Positions 37,736 to 49,805 of a stretch of 63,882 nt of DNA are shown piece after piece. Both the position numbers and the translations under genes were made by a program. Positions within the stretch are counted from its first letter, which is position 1, and each line of letters opens with the position of its first letter. The notes under the pieces were generated by a model, which saw only the letters and a list, made by a program, of their open reading frames with translations, searched no databases and had not been told where the DNA came from. This DNA comes from Gracilinanus agilis (taxonomy: Eukaryota), in NCBI RefSeq assembly GCF_016433145.1, contig NC_058132.1:132867805-132931686 (forward strand), written 5' to 3'.

Positions 37736-39898
37736 TAAGCTGAAATCTGCCACTGAGAAACTTCCATGCTAAAGATCACTGGGTTACATGGCTCATGTGG
37801 GATAGTCTTGTGGCTGTTATACTTCTGTTAGTGAGGGTCCAGATGCAAGAAATGGGTCACTGAGTACAAAAGGGTCAGCTAACAATCACGAAACAACAGG
37901 GCCCAGGAGCAGCAAATAATCATGGTATTTGAACAGGTCACCAGTACAAGGGCTCTGGTTCCAAGGGGCCAGCAAACTATGATCAAACATTAGGCAGTAG
38001 ATCAAGAAACCCAGTATCCAAACATGTTTGAGATTGGTTGCAATTTGACTCCTTTATCAAGGTGAGTATGTCACATCCTTGAGTCCTGGATTCAGAATGT
38101 GATTGCCTCACACAACTAGGGTTGTTTCTTTCTTTATATTTGCATCCATACAGCCCACAGAAGGCAAGTAATTAATGCTTATCAATTGGGTGGATAATTG
38201 ATTGATTTAGAGTCAGTTGGTCTGGGTTTGAATTCTGGCTCTGTTACTAATTAAGTGTCCTTGGAAAAGTTCCTTTGGAAATCAGTTTTCCCCGTGGGTA
38301 AAGTTAGATTTACTAGATGACCTCAGAGGTCCTTTCCAGTTCTAAATATATGTTCGTGTGATTCTTTGGCAACCTGCATCCACCTTTCTTGTTGGTCTGA
38401 ATAAGCTTCAGTTACCAATAGCTCCTGATCTCTGAGAGTATTTTCCAATGGAAATACCTGTATCTGTATGGCTATGGACAGGACCAACTGGGCCATACGG
38501 GACTTTTACAGATGAGACATTCAAAGTGCTGTCTTGGCCTGTCATTTCTGCTATAGTGTCTCTTTCTTATGCCCATATCCTTGTTTCTGATCTGGTCCAC
38601 ACCTCTGCCTTCCTGGAAAGGCTCTCTGCTCCTTTTCCCTGATACACCTTGAGTTCCTTTCTTCCCACACCTGATTTGCCTAATCAGATTTATGACACCT
38701 TTGCTAGTATACTGATAAGTCTATGATCTTGTCAGGGGACTGTTTATGGACTGTTTGCTTATCTGGTAATGAGATCTTGGGTTTCCCTTTGGACTTCTTA
38801 ACACCAGCCCCTGAAGGATAATTCTAGCCCTAGAGCATGCTGGGCCCCTCTCTCAACACACACCTGGCCCCTGGATTGTGCCAGGTGGGACAGGACAATC
38901 TGTCAGTTACATGACAAGAATCATAAAATGGATCTTATCTTTTGACCCTGTAATCCCATTATTGGTAATAGACTCCTAAAGAAGTAATTGAAAAGAAGAA
39001 AAGAACTATCTATTATAGAAATGTTTATTGCTACCTTATTTGTAATGGAGAGAAAACTGGAAGCAATCTAAATCTCTGACAATTTGATAATGGCTAAACA
39101 CATTAGGGTATTTGAGCTTCAGGCATGCATTTTCAACTGTCTGTAAGGGAAAGCTCCCCTGGACTGTTCCACCCCTACCTCAGACTCAACCTGTCCAAAA
39201 CCAAGTTCATTATCTTTCCTCCTAATCCAGCTATTCCTCCTGACTTTACCAGTTTTGTTTATGGCATCACCATTTATTGAGTCATGATCTTGATGTTGTC
39301 TTTAACTCTTTTCTCTCCCTTTTATGACTATTCAATTATCAGATTTTGTCTATTCCACCTCATCAACTGGTCATACATCTCCTTTTCTCTCTTTCTACCT
39401 TGACAACCCCAAGTTTAGTCTCTGAATTCAGATCTTACTCACTCCTGGACCAGCATTTTATCCACCATGATATCTACCTGCCTAAACAGAGACCTGGTCA
39501 TGACATACTGTATTCAAAATGCATTGGTCCCCTGTTCTCTACCAAGAAAAATTCAAACTCCTCTGCTTAGCATTCAAGGTTCTGTACAATCTTCTGTACA
39601 GTCTACCTCTCCAATTTTAACTCATATTTCTTCCATTCATGGGCTCTATACCCCTGCTGTTCAACAATATTTCATCAAATATGTGCTGTGTTCTTCCATC
39701 TCTGTCTTTGCTTAAGCTTATCCCTATACTTGGAATGCCCTCCATCCTTATAGTTGCTGGCTGATTTTCTATCCATCCTTAAAGTTCAACTCAAATGACA
39801 CATACATCCTGAATCTCCTCTCATTACTTGGGTTGGTAATGACATTTCCATTCAGTCTTCACATAGCTTTATTTTATGACTTTGTAATTGATCTATTA

Positions 39899-40123
39899 CA
39901 ATGATGGTGAACCTTTTAGAGACTGAGTGCCCAAATTACAACCTTCACATCACATGTGAGCCCCCCTCTCCTCAGTCTTATCCCAGACAGGGGAAGAAGG
40001 AAGTGTTCCAGTTAGGGTGCTGGGTAGAGGGATAGGTGATGGGAGATATGTCCTCAGGTGCACACGGAGAAGGAGAAGGGAGCAGCTCCCTCTGGCACTC
40101 ATGCCATAGGTTCACTAACACAG
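39899..40123. mobile_element. Non-autonomous hAT element (CAGTGATGGCGAACCT-type TIR)
   Basis: caatgatggtgaacct / aggttcactaacacag; 8-bp TSD atctatta / acctgtta. Confidence 0.85.
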
Positions 40124-40270
40124 ACCTGTTATGTACTATTCTGAAGTGGTTATCTGCTTTAGAGTTTGATCCTCCAACTGCACTATTTTTAAGGGCAATC
40201 ATTGTATTTTACATAAATTTTGTATCTCCCCTTGCTCTTAGTATAATGTTTTGTGTACAGGGTATTCAGG

Positions 40271-40817
40271 GAAGACTGAAGTACCTCTGGTATGAGGGCT
40301 TATTGAACCCTTTTCAGGGCTTCTTTCCTCCTTTGGTGTTCAGTTGCCACTTAGCTCTCACCTGTGACTTCAAGAAGTTGTAGCATGTACAGTAACCACA
40401 CCCTGGTAAACCTTCTCAGCATGCAGGCTAAATGATATTGAGGGTAACTGGCTGACCTCAAACCACTTGGTCGTGTAGGCAGATGTGTACCCTAAGCATC
40501 TAAAGACTTCTGTGGAATTGGTAGATGAGAATAGTTTATTTCAATGGTTATGAAGATGGCTGAAGCAGGTGTTGGGGGCACTTTAGAGTCTGGTTAGACA
40601 TCAAAGAAGTCAAAGTTCATCCACTGCTTCCTGAACCATCACCTTGATCATCTTGATAAGTAGTCTTGCCATTCACTGAACTTGGGTGACTTTGAAAGAG
40701 ACAGAGGCAGACAGCTTTGGACAACTGTGCCTCTTAAATCCAATTTACATGGAAATCAGAAGACATCATATAGTGTCATTTTGGTCCTCTTCAAGTATAA
40801 AGAACAACAACCAACCA
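40271..40817 (+). mobile_element. RTE-mobilised non-autonomous marsupial element (MAR2/WALLSI-like)
   Basis: Ends ggtcctcttcaagtataaagaacaacaaccaacc, a (CAA)n-type RTE tail. Confidence 0.55.
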
Positions 40818-41549
40818 AGCACAATGCTCTTTACAAATAGCTGCTTGATAAGTGTGATCTGAATTATATTGGATGTGAACTATATTTCAACATAATGGAA
40901 TACTATTACTATCCTTAGGGATAGATACTAACTCTCTGATTTCATTGACAAAGAGAACGTTCAGAGGAGGAAGAAACTCTCTACCATTACATTTTGGCAT
41001 CTTCTCTGTAACTGATCATCTCAGAGCATTATCTGGATCACTGAAAGGTTTAGTGACCTGCCTTGGGTCCTACAGTCTGGAGGTGGGATTAGTAATGAAA
41101 TGGATAAAGAGCTGGCCTCAAATGGAGGAGGACCTGGGTATTATCACTGAGGATGAAAAATACAAGAAAAAGAAATAAAAATGGAAAGACTTCTATTAAA
41201 GACTGGAAAATTAAATATGTAGAATGAGAACAATAGTAAGAGTATATGTGGAAGTGTGGAAAGAATGCTGAATCTGGAGTCAGAGGACCTGGATTCAAAT
41301 CCTACTTCTGAGGCTTATTCCCTCTATGACCTAAGGCAAGTCGCCTAAACTCCCTGTATCCCAGTTGCCTCATTGATATAAAGAAATATGCTGTCTGAGA
41401 TGGCCTCTGATGTTTCTTGAAGCTTTACATCTATATTCCAATGACTCAATGGTCCTAGTAACTTTTCTAAGAATCTATACAATGAGGAAGTCAGAACTGA
41501 TTCACTTTGGTTACAACCATATAATAAAAATAATTTTTAGAAACATACA

Positions 41550-41747
41550 GGGAGCAGCTAGGTGGCTCAGTGGATAGATCACCAGCCCTGGAGATTGGAG
41601 TTCTTGGGATCAAATATGGCCCTAGACACTTCCTAGCTCTGTGATCCTGAGCAAGTCACTTAATCCCCATTATCTAGCCCTCACTGCTCTTCTTCCTTGG
41701 AACCAATGTACAGACCTGATTCTAAGACAGAAGGCAAGGGCTAAAAA
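41550..41747 (+). mobile_element. SINE1_Mdo-type SINE (older)
   Basis: ggagcagctaggtggctcagtggatag...gattctaagacagaaggcaagggctaaaaa. Confidence 0.9.
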
Positions 41748-41814
41748 TATCCATACATAATTATATGTAAATATGTATTCATAGAATTCTGAAGGAGATT
41801 TAAAGGGAACTGTC

Positions 41815-42056
41815 ATTGTTGAGTCATTTCAGCCATGGCCTACTCTTTGTGACTTGTTTTGTGGTTTTCTTGGTAAAGTTACTTCAAGTGATCTACCATT
41901 TCCTTCTTCAGCTCATTTTACAGATGAGGAAATGAGGCAGAGTTAAGTGACTTGCCCAAGGTCATATAATAGGAAATATCTGAGACTGTATTTGGACTCA
42001 GGTCTTCCCAATTCTAGTTCCAGCATTCTCTGGGCTGAATCACCTAGATGTTCCCT
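41815..42056 (-). mobile_element. MAR1 CORE-SINE
   Basis: gttgagtcatttcagcc...ccatttccttcttcagctcattttacagatgagg. Confidence 0.8.
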
Positions 42057-42379
42057 AGGACAGTTACTGGATGAGCTATTATTGTTTTGTCTGTATCCAA
42101 GTGTGTATTTCATTATAATTGGCATTATAATTGGCAGCTAAGTGGCACAGTAAATAGAGTGCTGGAACTAGAGTCAGGAAGACTTGAGATCAAATCCTGC
42201 ATTTACATTTACCAGCTATGTAAACCTGAGCAAGTCACTTAATCTCTGTCTGCCCCAGATTTACTCAACTGTAAAACAGAGATAATAGCAAAACTTACCT
42301 ACCTCCAGGGATTGTTTGTGAGAATCAAATGAGAGGATATTTGTAAATACATAGGACAGAGCCTTATTTCCTTCCCATC

Positions 42380-44515
42380 CCTTATTTAACATTAAGTTCC
42401 AAATGAAACTACTCTCTTTTGAGTTACTAACTTTCTACTTGTCAAGTCTAATGACCTTTTCTCATTCCTCATTTTTTAAACTTTTCTATATTGACACTAT
42501 CAATCATCTTTTTCTCCTTGCCATTCTTTTCTCTCTTGGTTTTTGTGACACTTTCTTGGTTCTCCTCTTAACTCACTACTTCTCAGTTTCTTTTGTTGGA
42601 TCTTTATCTTTATCCAGAGGTCATTGCCTGCTAACCCTGGGTGTCCCTCAGGGCTCTTTCTTGGACCCTCCTCTCTCCATCTCTATGTTCTTGGTGATCT
42701 CATCAACAGTCACAGATTCAATTTCATCTCTCTGCTGATGATTCTCAAATCTATTTTCTAGCCGCCCCAACTTCCTTCCTAACCTCCAGTCTCTCATCTC
42801 TAACTGCTTATTGGATATGTCAGACATAATATCCAGTAGACATCTTAAACTCAATATGTCTAAAATTGAATTCATTTTATTTCCCCTAAAAAGCTTTCCT
42901 TCTTTGTAACCTCCTGGTGTAATGAGCAAAAGACGAAATGAGGAATTGAGAAAACAAAGGTTTGATCTTTTGAGCATATCACTTTATTAAGCAATGCATG
43001 CCAAATGCCTAAGGGCTGGACCCTGAACACAGGGGAAAACCAACTTTTTATATAGCAAAAACAATCAAATAAGACCAATTAATTAAAAAGAAACAATACA
43101 TTAGTCTGATTTTTATGGATGAAAGATTAGAGATTTTCCAACTTGTGAGGGGGAGCGTGAACAGGTGCAATTCCTTGAATTCAGGAAAAGGGGTGTCCCA
43201 CTCCTCCCACATATCTGTAAACAATCAAAGGAACATGGAAACAATAACTGATTAGTTCAGGACCATTTTTCAGATAAGACATATGGGTTACTTGAGATGT
43301 ACATTTAGGAGAAAACTCTTTACATCAATCTTAGGATCTGATTGCATTTCTGGTCAATGTAACCTAGGACAGCAGGTTTACAGCAGGTCCAGTTTCCCAG
43401 CCACATAGGGCTAGGTTCACACAATGCAATAAGATTTTCTCCCACTTCCCACAATTGAGTAAACTTCTCTGACAAGGCAGAATTTGGACTAGTCCCATAA
43501 TTAAATAGAAAAAGAATTAAACTAGCTCCCAAATTAAGTCCCAAGGTGGAATCAGTAGGATTCACTCAATTTCGACAATTAGCTACTTGCTGTCCTAATT
43601 CCCTCAGTTCCCTTATAGTAGTCCTACAAAGGATACCATTCTCCTCCCAACATCTGGGTCCTTCTAAAATCCTCACTCTGTTTCACTCCCCATATTCAAT
43701 CTGTTGACAAATCTTGTCAATTTTATCCTTCATAACACTCCTTCTATATACTCCCCTCTCTCCTCTGATATCACCCTATAGATTCCAGAGCTCTTGCCAA
43801 ACTGAAGCTAGCGCAATGGATTATATGGGAATATGTGAACCTAAGCTATTCTTATGTCATCTATTTTACCACCTTGGAGGAACATTTTGATGGTAGGGAT
43901 TGGCTGTCTTTAGAAGGCATTCAACTCAAAAAATATTTCATTATTAGGTGTAGTTCTGGATTCTCTATGCTGGATTTCCATCTAATACTAGTCTTAGGCG
44001 ACTTGGGTTCCTGACTATAACAGATTCAGCATACATGATTTTGGTAATGATAGTTATTCAAACACAATTCAAGCCCCTATCCGAGACATTATCAATAGTC
44101 GTGGATCCATAAATCAATCAGCAAAGCTTTAATTAAAGAGAGAATAGAAAAGTAAATGACAAGAGTAAATCCCCCTTTACAAATTCCCTTGCCACCAGTG
44201 GGAAAACAAATACTTTCATAAGACTCATGCTCTTGCTATTAAACCTATCTGAACACTCATACTTTTCTACTTCTAGAATTCATCTCACCATTCCATTTTT
44301 GAAGATGAATTCTCACCATTAGCTTTCTCATTGCCACTCAATTTCAAGTTGATGTCCGATTATCCTGAAGCTACTATTTGCTTAATTATAAAACTACAAT
44401 TGTTATCAGCTGCTGGGATGCAATCATTTGCTGAGTCTTTCTTCTGCTACTTAGCCTAGTGCCTGGCACATAGTAGGTGCTTAATAAATGTTCATTAATT
44501 AGTTATTGATTGATT
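42380..44515 (+). mobile_element. L2 (RT region to 3' end), interrupted by an LTR and an unexplained segment
   Basis: gtgtccctcagggctctttcttggaccc (PQGS motif), gctgatgattctcaaatc (ADD motif), 3' end gcctggcacatagtaggtgcttaataaatg at about 44460-44495. Confidence 0.8.
42918..43628 (-). mobile_element. Solo LTR inserted in L2
   Basis: TG...CA ends (tgtaatgag...gtcctaca). Antisense AATAAA at about 42983 and TATA (gctatataaaaa) at about 43050 are in the correct order. Confidence 0.75.
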
Positions 44516-44536
44516 GCTCCTAAGGCTTCTTATTCT

Positions 44537-44737
44537 TTTTTTTATTCTTTTTTTTATTTTTAAACCCTTAACTTCTGTGTATTAGTTCCTTGGTGGAAGA
44601 GTGGTAAGGGTAGGCAATGAGGGTCAAGTGACTTGCCCAAGGTCACACAGCTGGGAAGTGTCTGAGGCCAGATTTGAACCTAGGACCTCCGGTCTCTAGG
44701 CCTGGCTCTCAATCCACTGAGCTACCCAGCTGCCCCC
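44537..44737 (-). mobile_element. SINE1_Mdo
   Basis: Antisense consensus; TSD ggcttcttattct. Confidence 0.97.
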
Positions 44738-45626
44738 GGCTTCTTATTCTTGAGTAAGACTGTTACTATACTTTTCTGATACTTTCCAGACCTCTGGAAA
44801 TTAGCCCAAAACCACCTTTGGCTTTGCTCAGAAAAAGTCTCTTGATGTCAAGAGCTTCCCTGTCCCCAGTTCCTTTATACCTCATTCCCAGAATCAGGAG
44901 TTCCTTAAGGCTCCCTTAATACTTAAGTTGGCATGAAACAAATTCTTTTAAACCCTTGTCATGGAAGGTAGCTTTAGCACCATACAAATTACCCTTCCAT
45001 TCATCTCCAGGAGGCCCACAGCACACTGGAATCAGCTTGATTGAATTGAAAACCTTTGTACTGGATTCCTCCTGGCTGCTCTCCCTCTTCCTTCCATATT
45101 CATGGACCCATCTAGATGCAATGCCAAAGACCTCCTAGATAGCAGTCCTATAACTGCTGTCTATAAGAGGCAATATAAGAAAACCCAATCAGAACACAAT
45201 AGATCAAAATGAGATTAAGAAACTACAATGGAATACACAGCAATTCCTCTTACATTGCCATATATGTAGAAAAACTTGAAATCTAACAATTAGCAATCAC
45301 GGCAGTTTCTTCAAAATCTTTTTCATTTAACAGAATATGTAAAATAGATGCACCAGTTTATATTTTTAAACTATTATATCATACTTAAACTTATATATCT
45401 ACATATAATATATATAAAGTACATATATCAGAGTCGAGCAAATCACCAATATAACATCTAGACTTTAGGACAGACTTAGTTTCCCCACTTTTTTCTTTGG
45501 AAGGGTGATTTGTACATTCTCTGAGATATGAAGACAATGAAATAAGTCTGGCTTCCTCTTCTCTATCCTGTCTACACACCTACACAGCTGTCAGAAAAAC
45601 AACTTAGTTATGCCCTTCGCCACTCC

Positions 45627-45688
45627 CACCCTCTGCTGGTCTGGCCAAAATGCAGCTAGGGACCACTCTAAGGAGTTGCTATGGGAAC
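45627..45688. promoter_or_regulatory. RFX X-box with adjacent CTCF-like motif
   Basis: GTTGCTATGGGAAC at 45675-45688; minus-strand CCAGCAGAGGGTG at 45627-45639; unique sequence. Confidence 0.45.
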
Positions 45689-46159
45689 TGCAGACTCTCC
45701 TCTCATTTTTCCTCTGCCTTTCTCTTCCAGAAGGCCCCAGCTGTACCAGATTGTGCTGTCCCCTCGGTACCATGATGAGAGTCTGTTCAGCTTCTCTTCC
45801 TTCTGTGTAGGGAGAGAATCAAGATCTGTGTTATCAGAATGCTTAGATGTTCAAATATTTATAACCAGGTTTTAGTATTGTTTAAATTACCCATAGTCCT
45901 TAAGTTCTTCAAAGACTGCTACTTTTAGGCCACTTCTACAAATTCATTTGCTAAGTTGACCAGAAAAAGAGGAAGAATTGACTCATTTGGTAAATACTAG
46001 TCTCAAAATAAGAAGCATTTCTTTTTTAAGCTTTTTTTTTGAATCAACAGATCAGATAAAGGAAAAGAAATATATGAAGTTTAATCCAAGATGCTTATGA
46101 TCAATCAATATCCTTCCATATCACTTATTTTGATTCAAAAGGCAAGGTTCTTTCTCTTT

Positions 46160-46520
46160 TTGTGTATCATAGACCCCTCTGGCAGCCTGATGAAACCTAT
46201 GAATTAATTATGAAACCTATGATAAAATGAGATAATATTTGTAAAGCCCTTAGCAGAATGCCTGACACATGGTAGGCATTATATAAATGTTCATTGGCCC
46301 CCTTACCCGTATGAACCCCTTCTTAGAATTGTGGGGGTCTTAGTAATAATTCTATGACAGAAGGCAAGGGCTAGGCAAATAGGGTTAATTGACTTGCCCA
46401 GGGTCACACAGCTAAGAAGTGTCTGAAACCAAGAATTGTGTTTTTTAAATGCATAAACGGGGTTACAGTGGAAACAAATTATTCTGAAATATAGTTACCA
46501 AAATATTTTTTCAATAGTAA
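46160..46520 (+). mobile_element. Charlie4-like hAT fragments interleaved with MIR and SINE pieces
   Basis: atagacccctctggcagcctgatgaaacctatg ... tttttaaatgcataaa...atatagttaccaaaatatttt. Confidence 0.65.
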
Positions 46521-47295
46521 CCATTTAATGATCAAGTAATGTAGAAGAAAACAGGAAAATTTAAAGACAGTGGAAGAGAGCAAAAGATACAATTGCTCCA
46601 TAGGATAACCTTTTGTGAATATTTTATTTTCTTGAAGCTTCAATTTTAGTTACATTTTGATCGCTTTAAGATTTCACATTGGTCCAGTGTACAAGATTTC
46701 CTGTCACTTAGTGTTTCAAAAACTGAAATGCTTTTCTTTATACTTATAAAAGATTTAAAGAACCTTGTTAGCTTGTTTTAAGTGATCTCCTATGTCACAG
46801 TCTGCACATTTCAATTTTAAAAGGTTTTCTGACATTTTAATCAATTCTGGTGTTTTCACAATATTTTGCATACTTGTTTCTTTTACATTGGAGTCAGTCA
46901 GGTGGATTTCCTCCAATCCACAAAAAAGTCTGTATCCTAAAAAGATTCTACCTTTCAGCAATGAATTTTCAATTTCCAGTATCATTTTTTTACATAGCAA
47001 AATATTTTTTAAATAAGTTCATAGTCCCCAGTTGAAAAAGAACTGTTGATTTAGAGGGATACTGAAAAAATGGAGTTTGAGGTAGACTTTATCTATGCCT
47101 TCAAATGTCAGTCAATTAGCATTTATTAAATGTCTACTAAGTGCCAAGCACTATTGCTTATTGCTACCTCTGTGAACTTGGACATATTACTTAAACTCCC
47201 TCAATCTTAGTTTCTTCGATTATAAAATAAGGGAATTAGACTAAATGGCCTCAGAGAACTCTTTCCAGTTCTGAATCAATAATCCTGTGATCCTA

Positions 47296-47487
47296 GGCAG
47301 CTAGGTGGTTCAGGGGATAGAGTACTAAGCCTGGGATCCATAAGTCCCACATTCAAATGCAGCATCAAACACTAAATGTATAACTGGGCAAATCATTTAA
47401 CCCTGTTTGCCTCAGTTCCCTCAACTGTAAAATGAGCTGGAGATGATAATGGCAAACCACTCCAGTATCTTTGCCAAGAAAACCTTC
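47296..47487 (+). mobile_element. MAR1 CORE-SINE
   Basis: CORE followed by ggcaaaccactccagtatctttgccaagaaaacc. Confidence 0.85.
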
Positions 47488-47504
47488 AATAGGGTATTAT
47501 TGGA

Positions 47505-47634
47505 ATACATGTAAAACCCAGTGAAATTGCTCATTGGCTACAGGAGGTTGGAAGGAGGAGAGGAGGGAAAGAACATGAATCACATAACCATGGAAAAATA
47601 TTCTAAATTAATTTAATAAATTAATAAATTAAAT
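47505..47634 (+). mobile_element. Very short L1 3' insertion
   Basis: L1 terminal sequence with perfect 17-bp TSD aatagggtattattgga. Confidence 0.9.
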
Positions 47635-48554
47635 AATAGGGTATTATTGGACACAATTGAACAAAAATAATAATCCTATGATCCTAAATATTTGTATTTA
47701 TATATGGCTCAAAGTAAAATAAGCATATTGCCCATGCAATCGTGGTATAATAACAACATTAATTTCATGCCTACTATTATGTGCAAGGTGCCATACTATA
47801 TGCTTTACAAACATTATGCCTGTCCTGGGAGGTACATGCTATTATTATCCCCATAGGAAAGTTAAAGGAATTGAGGCAGAAGAATTAAGTGACTTTCCAA
47901 GGGTCACACAGCTAATAAGTGTCTGAAGACAGATTTGGCCTCCAACATTCCTTGCTCCAGGTTCAGTATTCTCTCTGGTAGGCCACCTAGCTGTTTCCAA
48001 GAAAACTAAATAGATCTGGCAATTGATACTTATGGTGTCTCAGAGAGTTCTCCACTAAGAATTCCTAAATAAACATACTGCACTTTGGGCCAACAATCAA
48101 AGAGCCAATTAGTTTTAAATCAGTTGTGATTCAAGGATTGGATCACATATTCATGACCCCTAGCAAAATGACTTTGTCAGGATTAGTGGAGTCAAATTTA
48201 TGTGGTTCTCCTGGAGACCATCGCAATATCAAATTGGTTATTTTAAAGACTGCCATTTATTCAGTTCTTGGTCCAGTTCAACTTGCTCTTGTAAAAAATA
48301 CAGTGAAACTGCTCAGTGGCCTCCAAGGGGTAGTCTCTGGCCAATCAGGCAGATCCAAGATCAATTAATGCCTCAGTAGAATTTCTTCTTTGTCCAAATT
48401 GAATAGCATAAACACAGTAGCATCAGAATGTGAGTAATGGATGCTGAATATGTGACAACTCAGTTTACCTACTCACTATATTAAGAAGCTAGGCTGTTGG
48501 TGAGAAGCTAAATGGAAAAACATGAATAGAAATGCATTAGGACATTTTGATTTT

Positions 48555-48864
48555 ATTTTATTTCTTTTTTATTTTTTAGAAAAATTTCCTTAGTTACATG
48601 ATTCATGTTCTTACTTTCCCCTTCACCCCCCAATTCCCCCCCCCCATAGCCGATGTGCATTTCCACTGGTTTTAATATGTGTCATCGATCAAGACCTATT
48701 TCCATATTATTGATAGTTGCATTGGTGTGGTAGTTTCGAGGCTACATCCCCAATCATGTTCGCATCAACCCATGTGTTCAAGCAATTGTTTTTCTTCTGT
48801 GTTTCCACTCCTGTAGTTCTTCCTCTGAATGTGGGTAGCATTCTTTTCCATAAATCCCTCAGAA
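48555..48864 (-). mobile_element. Young L1 3' end
   Basis: CpG-retaining L1 3' UTR; TSD taggacattttgatttt / taggacatttcgatttt. Confidence 0.93.
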
Positions 48865-48909
48865 TAGGACATTTCGATTTTAAAAGACTTACTGCCGAGT
48901 GTCTTTTAA

Positions 48910-49805
48910 AAAAATAATTTCATGAGCCCAACATGAGACAAAAATGACTAGATAGCAATTCCTCTGAAAAAAGATCTGGGGCTTTTGGCAGCCTGCCAGC
49001 TTTGCATGAGTCAACCATTTTCTATGGCAGCCAAAAAAGCAAAGACAGTCTTCTTGGACTTCATTGATTATAGTATCCAAGACTGGAAAGATGATAGTCT
49101 CATAGTACACTGACTCTTATCATATTACACCTGGAGAGACAAATAGTGACCCATTGATTTCCACGGAGCTTAAACTAGTATGATAATAATGAGACAACAT
49201 AACAAAACTTATAAGATACAGCAAAAGCAGTAATTAGAGAAAAAGTTATCTCTAAATACAGTAATAAAATAAAGAAAAGCTGAATGAATTGGGAATGCAA
49301 TTTAAAAACTAGAAAAATAATTAAATCCCCTTTTAACTACCAAATTAGAAATCCTAAAAATTAAAGATGCAATCAATATAATTTGACTGTAAGAAAATAA
49401 TTGAATTAATAAATCTAGGAACTGGTTTTATGGAAAAAAATCACCATTTTGGGGACCTCAAAACCATGCCTTATGAAGAATAATTGAATTCATTTTGTCT
49501 GGAGAAGAATGGTTGCTGTCTTTAGCTGTCTTCAAATATTCACAAGTCTCTCTGGTTCATGAACGAAGAGAACTATGAGAAATGAGAGAAAGGTACAAAC
49601 AGGTAGATTCTTGACGATGTAAGAGAAATTTTCCCAATAATTCAGTCAATTTAAAAGTGGAATTGCATGTTCAGGCGGTAATGGGCTCCTGGAATTTTTC
49701 AAGTAAAATCTGAGTCATCATCTGTTGGAAATGCCATTGTGGGGATTCTCCTGTGGGTTGTAATCAAGGTCCTTTCATGTCCTTTCCAACTCTGAGATTC
49801 TGTGA
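48910..49805 (+). mobile_element. CR1/L3 3' fragments with a nested L1 ORF2 piece at about 49170-49440
   Basis: ctgaaaaaagatctgggg...atgagtcaac, accatgccttatgaaga, ctttccaactctgagattctgtga. Confidence 0.75.

Noticed and set aside
38475-38519. Zinc-knuckle-like peptide CLICKSPVWPSWSCP on the minus strand (gag remnant?)
   Set aside because: It lacks the His, and CLICK is simply the translation of the CORE-SINE motif ctcatctgtaaaa.
44015-44130. Peptide WVPDYNRFSIHDF resembling parvovirus capsid DFNRFHCHF, and APIRDI resembling piggyBac
   Set aside because: It lies downstream of, and in a different frame from, the RDW-like motif it should precede; no extended alignment.
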